Below, one piece after another: positions 1 through 9,777 of a DNA stretch of 64,000 bases; the stretch's first letter is position 1; each line of letters starts with the position of its first letter. The notes beneath the pieces are model-generated. The model was not told the DNA's origin, searched no databases, and saw only the letters and a list, made by a program, of their open reading frames with translations. Made by a program: the position numbers and the translations under genes. Source of the stretch: Halosimplex litoreum (GTDB taxonomy: Archaea; Halobacteriota; Halobacteria; Halobacteriales; Haloarculaceae); assembly GCF_016065055.1 (NCBI RefSeq), contig NZ_CP065856.1:989836-1053835 (forward strand), given 5' to 3'.

Positions 1-210
1 GGCGCGTTCACGCTCATCGTCTTCGGGCTCACGAACGTCGCGGCGCCGGTCGCGTTCGCCATCTCCATCGTCGACCACGTCGTCAAGAACGCCGTCACCA
101 TCCTCGGCGGCCTCGCCTCGATGGCCTGGCTCAACGTCTCACTGACCACCGCCGTCGAGGAGAGCCGCGAGGCCAGCGAGGTCGAGGCCGCCGCCGCGAC
201 CGAGGACTGA
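1..210 (+). CDS. 3' end of a membrane protein (partial, runs off window start)
   Basis: In-frame read from position 1 to TGA at 208-210; hydrophobic stretch GAFTLIVFGLTNVAAPVAFAISIV followed by acidic tail; high GC3. Confidence 0.3.
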   Translation, partial: GAFTLIVFGLTNVAAPVAFAISIVDHVVKNAVTILGGLASMAWLNVSLTTAVEESREASEVEAAAATED

Positions 211-228
211 CCAGCGAGCGCGCACTGC

Positions 229-756
229 TCAGTACGGGTCCGTCACGAACGGCCCGAACGCCCCGGCGACGGCGTGGACCAGCGCCGACTCGCGATCGAT
301 GGTCCCCCCCGTGAACACGCCCGCCGCACCCGCTCGCTCCTTGAGCCTCTCCGTGTCGAGTCGGTCGTCCAGCACCGGCCCCAGTTCCTCGCCCGACCGG
401 ACCCGCTCGGCGACGTCGTCGGGGAGTCGTAGCGCGGGCCCGCCACCCCGTTGGAGGGTCTCGCCGTCGGTGACCGCAGCCCACATGACCAGATACAGCC
501 CCGGTCGCTCGTCGAGCGTGGCGACCCCGCCCTCGATCCCGACCCCGTAGTCGGCGCCGGGGTCGGCTTCGAGCGCGCGGGCCGCACGGTTCTCCGCGCC
601 GGTTAGCGTCTCCGTCCGGCCCCGCGGCTGTTCGGGGACGCCCGAGTCGACGGCGACGGCCACCACTTCGGCCCCGTCTTCGAACGACTGTCCCGCGACC
701 CGTTCCGTCGCCCCGGCCTTCACCGGATTCTCGCTCCCGACCGCGACGCGTGTCAT
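229..756 (-). CDS. inosine/xanthosine triphosphatase (YjjX/DUF84 non-canonical purine NTP phosphatase)
   Basis: 175 aa; motifs VAVDSGVPEQPRG..TETLTGAENRA, GEELGPVL, AGVFTGGTIDRESALVHAV align with E. coli YjjX signature regions. Confidence 0.75.
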   Translation of the reverse strand: MTRVAVGSENPVKAGATERVAGQSFEDGAEVVAVAVDSGVPEQPRGRTETLTGAENRAARALEADPGADYGVGIEGGVATLDERPGLYLVMWAAVTDGETLQRGGGPALRLPDDVAERVRSGEELGPVLDDRLDTERLKERAGAAGVFTGGTIDRESALVHAVAGAFGPFVTDPY

Positions 757-913
757 ACCCCGATCCAGCCCAGGGACCCGCTTGCCCGTTTCGTTCCGAA
801 CCGGATACCGCCATATAAATGCGAGATAGTGACGTGTGGAACACGTTCACACACTGCCCGAAACCCCGTCTGCGTGCCGTTTCGTCGAGGGAGGCATCCC
901 GGTAGCGAAAGAT

Positions 914-926
914 TTATAATAATAAC
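914..926 (+). promoter_or_regulatory. AT-rich TATA-like box (TTTATAATAATAA) upstream of tfb
   Basis: Only AT-rich element in GC-rich spacer upstream of tfb start at 1003; implies ~50 nt leader if used. Confidence 0.35.
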
Positions 927-1002
927 TCCGCATGATCGTTCCACCACCGAGCGAGTCCGGGATTCTCCGTCGCGTTCTACCCGGATCGACACGCCCCCAG
1001 CA

Positions 1003-1971
1003 ATGAGCGACTCTCGACTCAGAACCCAGCGAACAGACGTACAGGAAGACGAATCGACCGAGGAGCGGACCGACGAGGCCTGCCCGGAGTGTTCCGGCCA
1101 CCTCGTGATGGACGAGGAGCGCGGGGAGACGGTCTGCGAGGAGTGCGGCCTCGTCGTCGAGACCGACGAGATCGACCGCGGTCCCGAGTGGCGGGCCTTC
1201 GACGCCAGCGAGAAAGACGAGAAGTCCCGCGTCGGCGCGCCGACGACGAACATGATGCACGACAAGGGCCTCTCGACCAACATCGACTGGCGCGACAAGG
1301 ACGCCTACGGCAACTCGCTGTCCTCGAACCAGCGCCAGAAGATGCAGCGCCTGCGCAAGTGGAACGAACGGTTCCGCACGCGGGACTCCAAGGAGCGCAA
1401 CCTCAAGCAGGCGCTGGGCGAGATCGACCGCATGGCTTCGGCCCTGGGCCTGCCCGAGAACGTCCGCGAGACCGCCTCCGTCATCTATCGGCGCGCGCTC
1501 GACGAGAACCTCCTGCCCGGCCGCTCCATCGAGGGCGTCTCGACGGCCGCCGTCTACGCCGCCGCCCGGCAGGCCGGCGTCCCGCGCAGCCTCGACGAGA
1601 TCAACGAGGTCTCCCGCGTCGAGAAGTCCGAGATCGCCCGCACCTACCGCTACGTCATCCGCGAACTCGGCCTCGAAGTCGCGCCTGCGGACCCCGAGAG
1701 CTACGTGCCTCGCTTCGCCTCCTCGCTCGAACTCTCCGACGAGGCCGAACACCGCGCCCGCAAACTCCTTCAGAACGCCAAGGAACAGGGCGTCCACTCC
1801 GGGAAATCGCCCGTCGGCCTCGCGGCCGCCGCGGTGTACGCCGCCGCCCTGCTGACCAACGAGAAGACCACCCAGGCCGCCGTGAGCGAGGTCGCCGACA
1901 TCTCCGAGGTCACCATCCGCAACCGCTACCACGAACTGCTCGAAGCCGAGCAGGGTCTCCCCGCGGTCTGA
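1003..1971 (+). CDS. tfb: transcription initiation factor IIB (TFB)
   Basis: N-terminal zinc ribbon CPECSGH..CEECG, two cyclin-fold repeats; start chosen at first Met of the conserved region (MSDSRL) inside ORF 829..1971. Confidence 0.9.
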   Translation: MSDSRLRTQRTDVQEDESTEERTDEACPECSGHLVMDEERGETVCEECGLVVETDEIDRGPEWRAFDASEKDEKSRVGAPTTNMMHDKGLSTNIDWRDKDAYGNSLSSNQRQKMQRLRKWNERFRTRDSKERNLKQALGEIDRMASALGLPENVRETASVIYRRALDENLLPGRSIEGVSTAAVYAAARQAGVPRSLDEINEVSRVEKSEIARTYRYVIRELGLEVAPADPESYVPRFASSLELSDEAEHRARKLLQNAKEQGVHSGKSPVGLAAAAVYAAALLTNEKTTQAAVSEVADISEVTIRNRYHELLEAEQGLPAV

Positions 1972-2132
1972 CTGGACTCGCGCTTTCGCTCCCGTCGGCC
2001 CGCGATTCACCTGCGACCGCACCTCCCGAACCCGTCCGCCAGCCGCGTCTGTGACCGGTCGAAGCGCCATCGATAATCAGGCCTGATAACCGCGGGAGTA
2101 CGTTTAATTCGGTCGCTGCCACCGATCGGCGT

Positions 2133-3041
2133 ATGGCTTCCGATTCCGGTGACCTCGGCACCGAGGCACTCGACGTCCACTCCGGGGCAGGGGACATGAC
2201 CGTCGACGAGCTGGGGACGGCGATCGACGAGCTGTTGCGAGCCTCCGAGAGCGTCTCCCAGAGCTCCCAGCAGATCAGCGACCTCGCCAACGAACAGTCC
2301 GAGAACATGCGCGAGGTCGCCGGCGAGGTGTCGAACCTCAGCGCGACCGTCGAGGAGGTCGCCTCCAGCGCGAGTCAGGTCCGGCAGGTCAGCACCGAGG
2401 CCCGGGAGCTGGCCGACGACGGCCGCGACATGGCCGACGACGCGATCGACGCCATGGAGTCGGTCGACGAAGCCAACAACGAGGTGTCCGACGACGTGCG
2501 CCAGCTCCGGGATCGCATCGACGAGATCGACGAGATCGTCGAGGTGATCAACGACATCGCCGACCAGACGAACATGCTCGCGCTGAACGCGAGCATCGAA
2601 GCGGCCCGCGCCGGCGAGGCGGGCGAGGGGTTCGCCGTCGTCGCCGACGAGGTCAAGAGCCTCGCCGAGGAGTCCCAGCAGAACGCCACCGAGATCGAAC
2701 AGCTCGTCTCGAACATCAAGGACGACACCGAGAGCACCGTCGAGAGCATCGAGCACGCCAACCAGCAGGTCGAGGAGGGCATCGAGCAGGTCGACGACAC
2801 CGTCGACGTGCTCAGGGACATCGACGCGGCCGTCGAGGAGGCCGCCCAAGGCGCACAAGAGGTCGCCAGCGCCACCGACGAGCAGGCCGCCTCCACCGAA
2901 GAGGTCGCCTCGATGGTCGACTCGACCGCCGAGAGCGCCGAGAAGGTCGCCGGCGAGATCGAGCGCATCGCCGCCGCCAACCAGCAACAGACGGCCCAGA
3001 TCAACGAGATACAGAGTCTCATCGACGATCTCCAGCGCTAG
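2133..3041 (+). CDS. soluble methyl-accepting chemotaxis (MCP signalling domain) transducer, Htr-like
   Basis: 302 aa, no TM segments; heptad-rich MCP signalling domain with conserved core [35 protein letters not shown]; TATA-like TTTAATT about 30 nt upstream of ATG. Confidence 0.8.
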   Translation: MASDSGDLGTEALDVHSGAGDMTVDELGTAIDELLRASESVSQSSQQISDLANEQSENMREVAGEVSNLSATVEEVASSASQVRQVSTEARELADDGRDMADDAIDAMESVDEANNEVSDDVRQLRDRIDEIDEIVEVINDIADQTNMLALNASIEAARAGEAGEGFAVVADEVKSLAEESQQNATEIEQLVSNIKDDTESTVESIEHANQQVEEGIEQVDDTVDVLRDIDAAVEEAAQGAQEVASATDEQAASTEEVASMVDSTAESAEKVAGEIERIAAANQQQTAQINEIQSLIDDLQR

Positions 3042-3100
3042 CGCAACTGCGGTCGACGGGGGCCGGGAACCCGGCGACCCCGCGACGTCCGATCCGGTCG

Positions 3101-3110
3101 CTTTTTTCCG
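3101..3110 (+). terminator. T-tract (CTTTTTTCC) downstream of transducer gene
   Basis: T6 run about 60 nt after the stop at 3041 in a GC-rich background; archaeal oligo-T terminator candidate. Confidence 0.3.
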
Positions 3111-3131
3111 CCGCTCGCGGTAGGGAGCGAC

Positions 3132-3815
3132 ATGGCAATCGACTTCTCGTCGTTCGTCCTCGCGGCCGCGACCGCGGATCTCTCGGACGAGCCCGCCGCG
3201 CGCGACCACGCCGACGCCGTCGAGTTCCGTCTCGACCTCGCGACCGACCCGCTGGACGCGCTGGCGGGCTACGACGGCGAGTCCCCGCTGATAGCGACCA
3301 ATCGACCGACCTGTGAGGGCGGTGAGGCGGCCGACGACGCGGCGCGCCTGGACGCGCTGGAAGTCGCGGCCGAACACGACGCCGTCGGGGCGATCGACGT
3401 GGAACTGGCCGCCCTGGAGCGCGGCGACGCCGCGGCGGTCGCCGACCACGCCCGCGACCACGGGACGGCGGTGATCGTCTCGACGCACGACTTCGAGGGG
3501 ACGCCCCACCGCGACGCGATGGCGGAGACGCTCTCCGAGGCGAGTCGCCTGGGTGACGTGGCGAAACTGGCGGTGACGGCCGAGGGCGCCGGGGACGTGC
3601 TAGACCTGCTCGGCGCGACGTGGACAGCGACCACCGCCGGCGAGACCGTCGCGACGATGGCGATGGGCGAGGCCGGCCGTCACTCCCGGGCGGTCGCGCC
3701 GCTGTACGGGTCGAAAATCGGCTACGCGCCGGTCGACCCCGCCGACGCGACCGCACCCGGCCAGTACGACCTGGCGACGCTGGCGACGCTCGTCGATCGG
3801 CTGGGCGGCGAGTAG
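3132..3815 (+). CDS. aroD: 3-dehydroquinate dehydratase type I
   Basis: 227 aa; motifs AVEFRLD, IATNRP..EGG, VIVSTHDFEGTP, KLAVTA typical of type I DHQase. Confidence 0.85.
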   Translation: MAIDFSSFVLAAATADLSDEPAARDHADAVEFRLDLATDPLDALAGYDGESPLIATNRPTCEGGEAADDAARLDALEVAAEHDAVGAIDVELAALERGDAAAVADHARDHGTAVIVSTHDFEGTPHRDAMAETLSEASRLGDVAKLAVTAEGAGDVLDLLGATWTATTAGETVATMAMGEAGRHSRAVAPLYGSKIGYAPVDPADATAPGQYDLATLATLVDRLGGE

Positions 3816-3901
3816 GCGACTGTGCGGTGGGCGGGCGATCCGCCGGTGCGTACGCAACTCGAACGCTTACGAGCCCGCCCGGCCTATCGGGGACCGGCAA
3901 G

Positions 3902-4975
3902 ATGGGGATCGATGGCGTCGCCTGGAACGGTGCCGTGGGCTGCGTGGCCATCGTCTCGCTAGTGCTCGCCGCGCAAGTGGCCGTCGGGAAGCTGGTCGCG
4001 CTCGCGACGTACTACGGCGTCTCCGAGACGGTCGTCGGACTCACCGTCCTGTCGGTCGGCACGAGCCTCCCCGAACTCGCCTCGCACGTCGTCGCATCGT
4101 CGCGGATCCTCCTGGGCGTAGGGGACCCGCGGGTGCTCTCGGCGACCGTCCTCGGCGGCAACATCGGGTCGGACGTCGTCCAGCAGACGCTCGTGGTCGG
4201 GCTGGTCGTGCTGGCCGTCGGCGGATTCCGGTTCTCCGGTCGGTTCCTGCGTCGCGGGTATCTCCCGATGATCGGGACGACCTTGCTCACGCTGGTCCTC
4301 GCGTGGGACGGGATGCTCACGCGAGTCGACGGGCTCGTGCTCGTCGCGTTATTTCTGGCGTACACGTCGTTTCTCTACCGAACGCGAAGCGAGATCGTCC
4401 AGGAAGGGAGCGACGCGAACCCCTCGACGGCACCGACGCGGGACGCTGCCGTCGCGTTCGTATCGCTGGCCGTCGTCGTCGTCGCCGCGCACGTTCTCTT
4501 CGAATCGGTCGGCTTCTTCGTCGAACGGACCGGGCTCGAGGGGTCGCTGATCGGGGTGGTCGTCCTCGGTGTCGGTGCGGCCTCCCCCGAGATGACGACC
4601 GCCATCGTGGGCCTTCGCGAGGGCGCCGAAGGGATCTCGCTCGGGACGCTCATCGGAAGCAACATCACGAACCCGCTGCTCGGGATCGGGCTGGGGTCGC
4701 TGCTGTCGACCTATCACGTCCCGCGGCCACTGGTCTACTGGGACCTCCCGATGGAGACGGTGACCGCGGCGATCCTCCTGGCGTATCTACTGACCAAAGA
4801 CGACGTCGGCGGTGCCCTCGGCGGCGTCGCCGACCGACTCGGGTTCGACGCGACCGGGGCGCGACTGCGAGCAGTCGAGGAGCGCTACCTGGGACGGGTC
4901 GGCGCCGCACTCCTGATCGCGCTGTATTTCGGCTACCTGTTCGTCCGTGTCTCCTACTTCGTCGACGATTTCTGA
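3902..4975 (+). CDS. CaCA family Na+/Ca2+ exchanger (YrbG-like)
   Basis: About 10 TM segments, two alpha-repeat motifs GTSLPEL and GAASPEM; start set at MGIDGVAW inside ORF 3620..4975. Confidence 0.8.
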   Translation: MGIDGVAWNGAVGCVAIVSLVLAAQVAVGKLVALATYYGVSETVVGLTVLSVGTSLPELASHVVASSRILLGVGDPRVLSATVLGGNIGSDVVQQTLVVGLVVLAVGGFRFSGRFLRRGYLPMIGTTLLTLVLAWDGMLTRVDGLVLVALFLAYTSFLYRTRSEIVQEGSDANPSTAPTRDAAVAFVSLAVVVVAAHVLFESVGFFVERTGLEGSLIGVVVLGVGAASPEMTTAIVGLREGAEGISLGTLIGSNITNPLLGIGLGSLLSTYHVPRPLVYWDLPMETVTAAILLAYLLTKDDVGGALGGVADRLGFDATGARLRAVEERYLGRVGAALLIALYFGYLFVRVSYFVDDF

Positions 4976-5018
4976 CTCGCCCGGTGGCCGACTACCCGAA
5001 ACGAGACGCGGCCCCGGT

Positions 5019-6098
5019 TCACCGGACCACGAGCAGACCGAGCGGGGCGAGCAACAGCGACAGGAGGAAGGCGGCGAAGTACGCCGGTCGGTCGACGATC
5101 TCGGTCTGAACCGCCTCTACGAGGGCGCTGTAGCGCGGATACCAGAGCAACGCGAGGAGCGAAACGATCGTTCCCGCGGCCAGCACCGCGAGGACGATGC
5201 GGACGCCGACCTGGCTGTCGAGCGCGACCGCGACGAGTAGCGTGTCGACGAGCGTCCCGACGTTCGCCCCGAGGACGAACGGCATGATCTCCGTCCGCTT
5301 GATGTGGCCCCGGTTGTACAGCGGGACGACCACCCCGAGCGAGAAGGCGACGCTCGTCGTCAGCCCCGTGACGAGGACGCCGAGTCCGAACGAGACCCAC
5401 TTGTCGTTGAGCCTGGTGATGTAGCGCCGTCGCAGCCGCTCTTTGTCGAGACTGTCGAGGATCCCGTCGAACAGTCGGAGGCTGACGAATATCAGTGCCA
5501 GGGCGCCCAAAAACGCCACTCCCGGGCCGAGGTGGACGACTGCGGTGTCGGCGAGCGTCGAGACGACGTCGGGGACGTTCGGCTCGGGGCCGGTTACCTC
5601 GCCGCCGCCGGTGTCGGGCCGGTCGACCAGCGGGACGAAGACGGACCCCAGCGCCAGCACCGGCAGATAGATCGAGTGAGTGAGCAGGAACGTTAACAGG
5701 CCCAGACGCATCGAATCCCGGACCGACTCGATCTCCTCGTTGAGGTAGTCGGCGGCGCCGACGAAGACGACGACGGCCGCGCCGCCGAGTCGCGACCCGA
5801 CGATCATCAGATAGAGGTGTGACGGGCCGACGAGCCCCGAATCGAACAGCGAGAGCGATAGCGCTGCCACCACCGACCCGTTCGCCAGCACGTACGAGGC
5901 GAACCAGCTGAGGCCCAGCGCCGAGGGGTTCCCGACGACGACCGACCGGAGCGTTCGTCTGAGCACGGGCCTGAGCGCGTCGGTGGCCGCCCCCAGCAGT
6001 CGGATCGCGACGAGGAACAGACAGAGCGTGACGACGACCCGGACGACCAGTCCGATCGACCGACCGGAGCGTCGCTCCCGCTTGGTCTCCCGGCTCAT
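5019..6098 (-). CDS. Na/Pi-cotransporter family (PNaS-like) membrane protein
   Basis: Polytopic membrane protein with LGANVGT motif resembling NptA-type GANIGTT; start at MSRETK inside ORF 5019..6185. Confidence 0.5.
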   Translation of the reverse strand: MSRETKRERRSGRSIGLVVRVVVTLCLFLVAIRLLGAATDALRPVLRRTLRSVVVGNPSALGLSWFASYVLANGSVVAALSLSLFDSGLVGPSHLYLMIVGSRLGGAAVVVFVGAADYLNEEIESVRDSMRLGLLTFLLTHSIYLPVLALGSVFVPLVDRPDTGGGEVTGPEPNVPDVVSTLADTAVVHLGPGVAFLGALALIFVSLRLFDGILDSLDKERLRRRYITRLNDKWVSFGLGVLVTGLTTSVAFSLGVVVPLYNRGHIKRTEIMPFVLGANVGTLVDTLLVAVALDSQVGVRIVLAVLAAGTIVSLLALLWYPRYSALVEAVQTEIVDRPAYFAAFLLSLLLAPLGLLVVR

Positions 6099-6313
6099 TG
6101 TCTTCCGACCAACGGTACGGCCACGCGGGGGATAGCGTTCACGAGATCCGGGGGAGACGGCGAGTACACCGCACGAGATCGGCAACTACGCCGCACGACT
6201 GCGCGGGGTGCCGTCCGAACGCGGTCGACCGACGGGACGTTCCGGTCGGGCCGATCGGCCGCGATCCGGCCTCGGAGGCCCGATCACGGCCGGAGTCGGA
6301 AGGTTGAAACCGT

Positions 6314-6784
6314 GTGACGACCCAACTCGCACAACCAACAGTGAGTACACGGAACCGAACGCGGCCGCTGCTGGCAGTCCTGCTCGCGTTTCTCTATCCC
6401 GGGCTCGGCCACGTCTACCTGCGCGAGTGGCTCCGCGCGCTCGTCTGGTTCTTCCTCAACGTGACGAGTTTCACTCTGCTGATGCCTCCCGACGCCGTCC
6501 CCGAGTCGTTCGGCTGGTCGGAACTGGTCGCGGCCGCCGAGAACGTCTCGCCGGAAGCCGCGCTGGCGCTCGCCGCGATCACCGTCTTCAGCATGGTCGA
6601 CGCCTACTGGATGGCCAAACGCCAGAACACCGAGGTCGAAGTCGAGGCGGGCACGACCTGCCCCAACTGCGGCCGCGACGTCGACCAGGACCTCGAGTTC
6701 TGTCACTGGTGTACCGAACGGCTCAAGCCCGAGTCAGCGTCCGACTCGGAAGAGAGCGCCGACGACTCCGGCGCGAACGCCTGA
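6314..6784 (+). CDS. membrane protein with C-terminal zinc ribbon
   Basis: GTG start; two TM helices then CPNCG..(14 aa)..CHWC tetracysteine ribbon and acidic tail. Confidence 0.5.
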   Translation: MTTQLAQPTVSTRNRTRPLLAVLLAFLYPGLGHVYLREWLRALVWFFLNVTSFTLLMPPDAVPESFGWSELVAAAENVSPEAALALAAITVFSMVDAYWMAKRQNTEVEVEAGTTCPNCGRDVDQDLEFCHWCTERLKPESASDSEESADDSGANA

Positions 6785-6818
6785 ACGGTATCGGCCGACC
6801 GCGAGTACCGCCGGCCGC

Positions 6819-7859
6819 TCACCCCGTCGGCGTCCGCTCGTTCGTCGGCCCGCTGACGAGTTCGTCGTAGAGCGTGACCAGTTGCTCGCCGACGGCCTCG
6901 AGCGTGAACCGCTCGGTCGTCGCCGCCGCGCCCGCGCCGATCCGCTCGCGTTCTCCCTCGTCCTCGCAGAGTTCGGTGATCGCGTCGACGAACTCGTCGG
7001 TCGTCTCGACCTTGCGGCAGTCCTCGCCGTCGTCGAGCCACTCGTAGGTCGGAATCGCCCGGACGACCGGCGGCACGCCGCAGTGCATCGCCTCCAAAAG
7101 CGCCATCCCCTCGTTCTCGTTGCGCGAGGGCCAGAAGAACACGTCGCCCGCCGCGGGCGCCCCCCGCGGGTCCTCGATGTAGCCGGTGAACGTGCAGTTG
7201 TCGGGCGAGTTCTCGACGAGGTGTCGGGTCTCGCGAGGCTGGAGGAACCTGTCGACCGTCCCGCCCGTCGGGTTGAGGTAGCCGAACCAGGCGAAGTCGT
7301 ACTGCGGAAGCCGGCGGGCGACCTCGACGAACGTGTCCAGACCTTTGCGCTTGATCACGTGACCGAACATGAACACGACCGGCGGGTCCAGATCGTAGCG
7401 GTCGAGGTACTCCTCGCGCAACTCGGGGTCGTCCCAGCCGGCGAAGCGCTCGCCGTCGAAGCCGTTCGAGACGACCGTCGCCGGCGTATCCGTGTACTCG
7501 GCGATCACCTCGCGGTTGTGTTCGGAGGGACAGACGAGGTGGTCGGCCTGGTCGTAGGCGTAGGCGAGGAACGGCTTCAACGGCCGGGCGAGCGCGTTCG
7601 AGAAGACGAAGCTGTCCCGGAAGTCCGCGGCCGTGTTGTGGGTGTGAAAGAGGACCGGAATCCGCCGCCGGCGGGCGCGCTTGGCGTAGTAGATCGAGCG
7701 TGGGCCGGCGTTGTTGAGGTGCAGGAGGTCACAGTCCAGCGTCGGCTCGGTGGTGTAGTCGATGCCGCGGTCGTCGAGGATCGCCCGCTGGTTGTTGACC
7801 GACTGTGCGAACCCGCCGGTGACGACGCCTTCGCCCTCGAAGTAGTGGCTGACTTTCAT
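6819..7859 (-). CDS. glycosyltransferase family 4 (GT-B, group 1)
   Basis: 346 aa; C-terminal E-x7-E region (NENEGMALLEAMHCGVPPV) typical of GT4. Confidence 0.8.
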   Translation of the reverse strand: MKVSHYFEGEGVVTGGFAQSVNNQRAILDDRGIDYTTEPTLDCDLLHLNNAGPRSIYYAKRARRRRIPVLFHTHNTAADFRDSFVFSNALARPLKPFLAYAYDQADHLVCPSEHNREVIAEYTDTPATVVSNGFDGERFAGWDDPELREEYLDRYDLDPPVVFMFGHVIKRKGLDTFVEVARRLPQYDFAWFGYLNPTGGTVDRFLQPRETRHLVENSPDNCTFTGYIEDPRGAPAAGDVFFWPSRNENEGMALLEAMHCGVPPVVRAIPTYEWLDDGEDCRKVETTDEFVDAITELCEDEGERERIGAGAAATTERFTLEAVGEQLVTLYDELVSGPTNERTPTG

Positions 7860-7892
7860 GTGAAATCCCCGTGAAACCGCGCGGCGACCGCC

Positions 7893-9068
7893 TTACTTTT
7901 CGATGATGCTCTCTTCGATGGCCTCGCCGAAGTGGCGGGCCTTGTCGCCGTAGCAGACGCGGACCTCGTCGCCCTCGGCCAGATCGGTGACCGCCTTCCG
8001 GCCGTCGGCGGTGGCGACTTTGATCGTCTCGGCGTTCTGCAGCAGCGTCTCGATGCGGTCGACGCCGTCGTCGGTCTCGACTTTCGCGCTGACCCGGAAC
8101 ATCGGCCGCTTCTCTATCTTGACGCGGCCGACGATGGCCTCGCGGGTGCGGCCCTCGGTGTCGACGACCTGCACCTCGTCGCCGCTCCGGAGTTCGGAGA
8201 GGTACTTCGTACCGCCGTCGGGCGTACGGACGTAAGCGTGGACCGCGCCGGCGTTGACGCGGAACGGCCGCGAGGCGACGTACGGCGACTCGGCGGTCTC
8301 GGCGTGGACGAAAAAGAGGCCGCGGCTCATCGAGCCGACGAGCATCCCCTCGTCGTGTTCCATCAGGTTGCCCGTGTCGATGCAGACGCGGTCGGCGGAG
8401 CCGGTCCGTTCGATCTCGGTGATCTCGGCGGTCGTGAGATCCAGCTGTTCGCGGCTCATCTCGTCGCGGACCTCGACGGTCTCGCGGATCTCGTCGACGT
8501 TGTCCGTGTCCAGCAGCACGGAGTCGGCGCCGATCTCCAGGGTCTCGTAGGCGGTACGGGCCTCCTCGGCCGTGGTGACGCCCGCGACGAGGTTCGTCTC
8601 GTCGCCGATACGCGCGATGAGGTTTTCCAGGGGGATGATCTGCCAGTTCTCGCCGACGACGATGGTGTAGTCGGCGGCGGTGGCGACTTCCTCGGCGAAC
8701 TCCTCGTAGCGCTCGTCGAAGATGCGGACGTAGCCGGCGCTGGCCTTGCCGTCTTGGCGGAGTACGGACAGATCCGCCGATCCAGACAGGTCGCCGGGGA
8801 TGTCCATCGAGCCGTCGCCCTCGCCGTCTTTGCCGACGACGGCCGCGTCCGGCTCTTCGGTCTCGTCGCCCTCGGCGTCCATCACGTGCACGTCGCCGTT
8901 GGTGAACGCCGCGATATTGACGGCGCCCAGGTCGCGGACCCGGGCCACGTCGGACTCGTCGACGAGGACCCAGTCGACGCCCGCCTCCAGCCCCGCCGTG
9001 ATCCGGCGCTTGCGCGCCTCCCAGTCGCCGACCTCGTCGTCGGCCTTCAGCCACACTTGCCGTGTCAT
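7893..9068 (-). CDS. aroB': 3-dehydroquinate synthase II (archaeal ADH-dependent DHQ synthase)
   Basis: Conserved N-terminus MTRQVWLKAD and overall similarity to archaeal DHQS-II; start at MTRQ inside ORF 7893..9140. Confidence 0.85.
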   Translation of the reverse strand: MTRQVWLKADDEVGDWEARKRRITAGLEAGVDWVLVDESDVARVRDLGAVNIAAFTNGDVHVMDAEGDETEEPDAAVVGKDGEGDGSMDIPGDLSGSADLSVLRQDGKASAGYVRIFDERYEEFAEEVATAADYTIVVGENWQIIPLENLIARIGDETNLVAGVTTAEEARTAYETLEIGADSVLLDTDNVDEIRETVEVRDEMSREQLDLTTAEITEIERTGSADRVCIDTGNLMEHDEGMLVGSMSRGLFFVHAETAESPYVASRPFRVNAGAVHAYVRTPDGGTKYLSELRSGDEVQVVDTEGRTREAIVGRVKIEKRPMFRVSAKVETDDGVDRIETLLQNAETIKVATADGRKAVTDLAEGDEVRVCYGDKARHFGEAIEESIIEK

Positions 9069-9149
9069 GTATCCACGCTCGCCCCCGTCCGATTTGAACG
9101 TGGCGGAAGCGGCGCTACTCGGCGGATAGTCGAACGACACCGGGACCCG

Positions 9150-9380
9150 TCACCCGGCGGAATCGATCACGCCGTCGACCAACACGACGACGCCCTGCAG
9201 CCCGATCACGAACCCGACGAACAGGGCGGCGATCCACAGCGCGACCGCGCCGAGAACGGCGTCGCCCCCGCCGGACACACTCGCCCAGGCGAAGACGGTT
9301 CCGAGACCAGCGATCGCCGCTCCGACGGTGAGACGACCGGCGGCGCGTATCCGGAGGAGGATCGACTCGGCCACGTCCAT
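9150..9380 (-). CDS. small membrane protein (2 TM)
   Basis: 76 aa from MDVAES; two hydrophobic helices; upstream part of the ORF is Arg-rich out-of-context sequence. Confidence 0.35.
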   Translation of the reverse strand: MDVAESILLRIRAAGRLTVGAAIAGLGTVFAWASVSGGGDAVLGAVALWIAALFVGFVIGLQGVVVLVDGVIDSAG

Positions 9381-9478
9381 GCGGACGGGCTGGTCAGTGA
9401 CACTGAAAAATCGTTCCGTTCTCGTCGGTCGCGACGCGGACCGCACCGGTGTGGGCGCCGCGTCACCCGCGCGACGCC

Positions 9479-9636
9479 TCACCGGGCGGTGCTCGCACCC
9501 CCTTCGTCCGCGGCTTCCTCGGTCGAGCGCTCCCCGCACTCGACGCAGACGTAGTCGTCCCCCCGCTTGACGACCGCCGCACCGCACTCGCACTCGATAC
9601 GAGCGTTCCGGCCCGCTCGCGGAAATCGTGACATAC
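9479..9636 (-). CDS. small zinc-ribbon protein (CxC..CxxC)
   Basis: 52 aa from MSRFP; ECECG and CVECG pairs; TTTATAA box lies just upstream (9677-9686). Alternative start MANDYV at 9676. Confidence 0.45.
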
Positions 9637-9777
9637 GGTATCGTGTTACACTCCGACAAACATAATCATTTGCCATTTATAATCGACGAAGCGAGCGGGC
9701 GTTCGGTTCGGAACGCCTGTGGGGTCCAACGGTGCGCGAAGGCCGGCGAGCCGGAGCGGATAGCGGCGACGAACGAC

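Noticed and set aside
7729-9054. Long Arg/Gly/Pro-rich ORFs on the antisense or shifted frames of real genes. Examples: 7729..9054, 9677..11062, 14041..15255, 22075..23424, 34882..36645, 3019..3951, 19575..20423.
   Set aside because: These are typical high-GC artefacts. They have low-complexity RGRR composition and always overlap a well-supported gene in another frame. No domain signatures were seen.
9655-9700. AT-rich tracts at 9655..9700 and 21540..21650 as possible insertion scars
   Set aside because: Both sit exactly upstream of gene starts (zinc-ribbon gene; DUF7344 gene). They are most simply explained as promoters. There are no flanking repeats.
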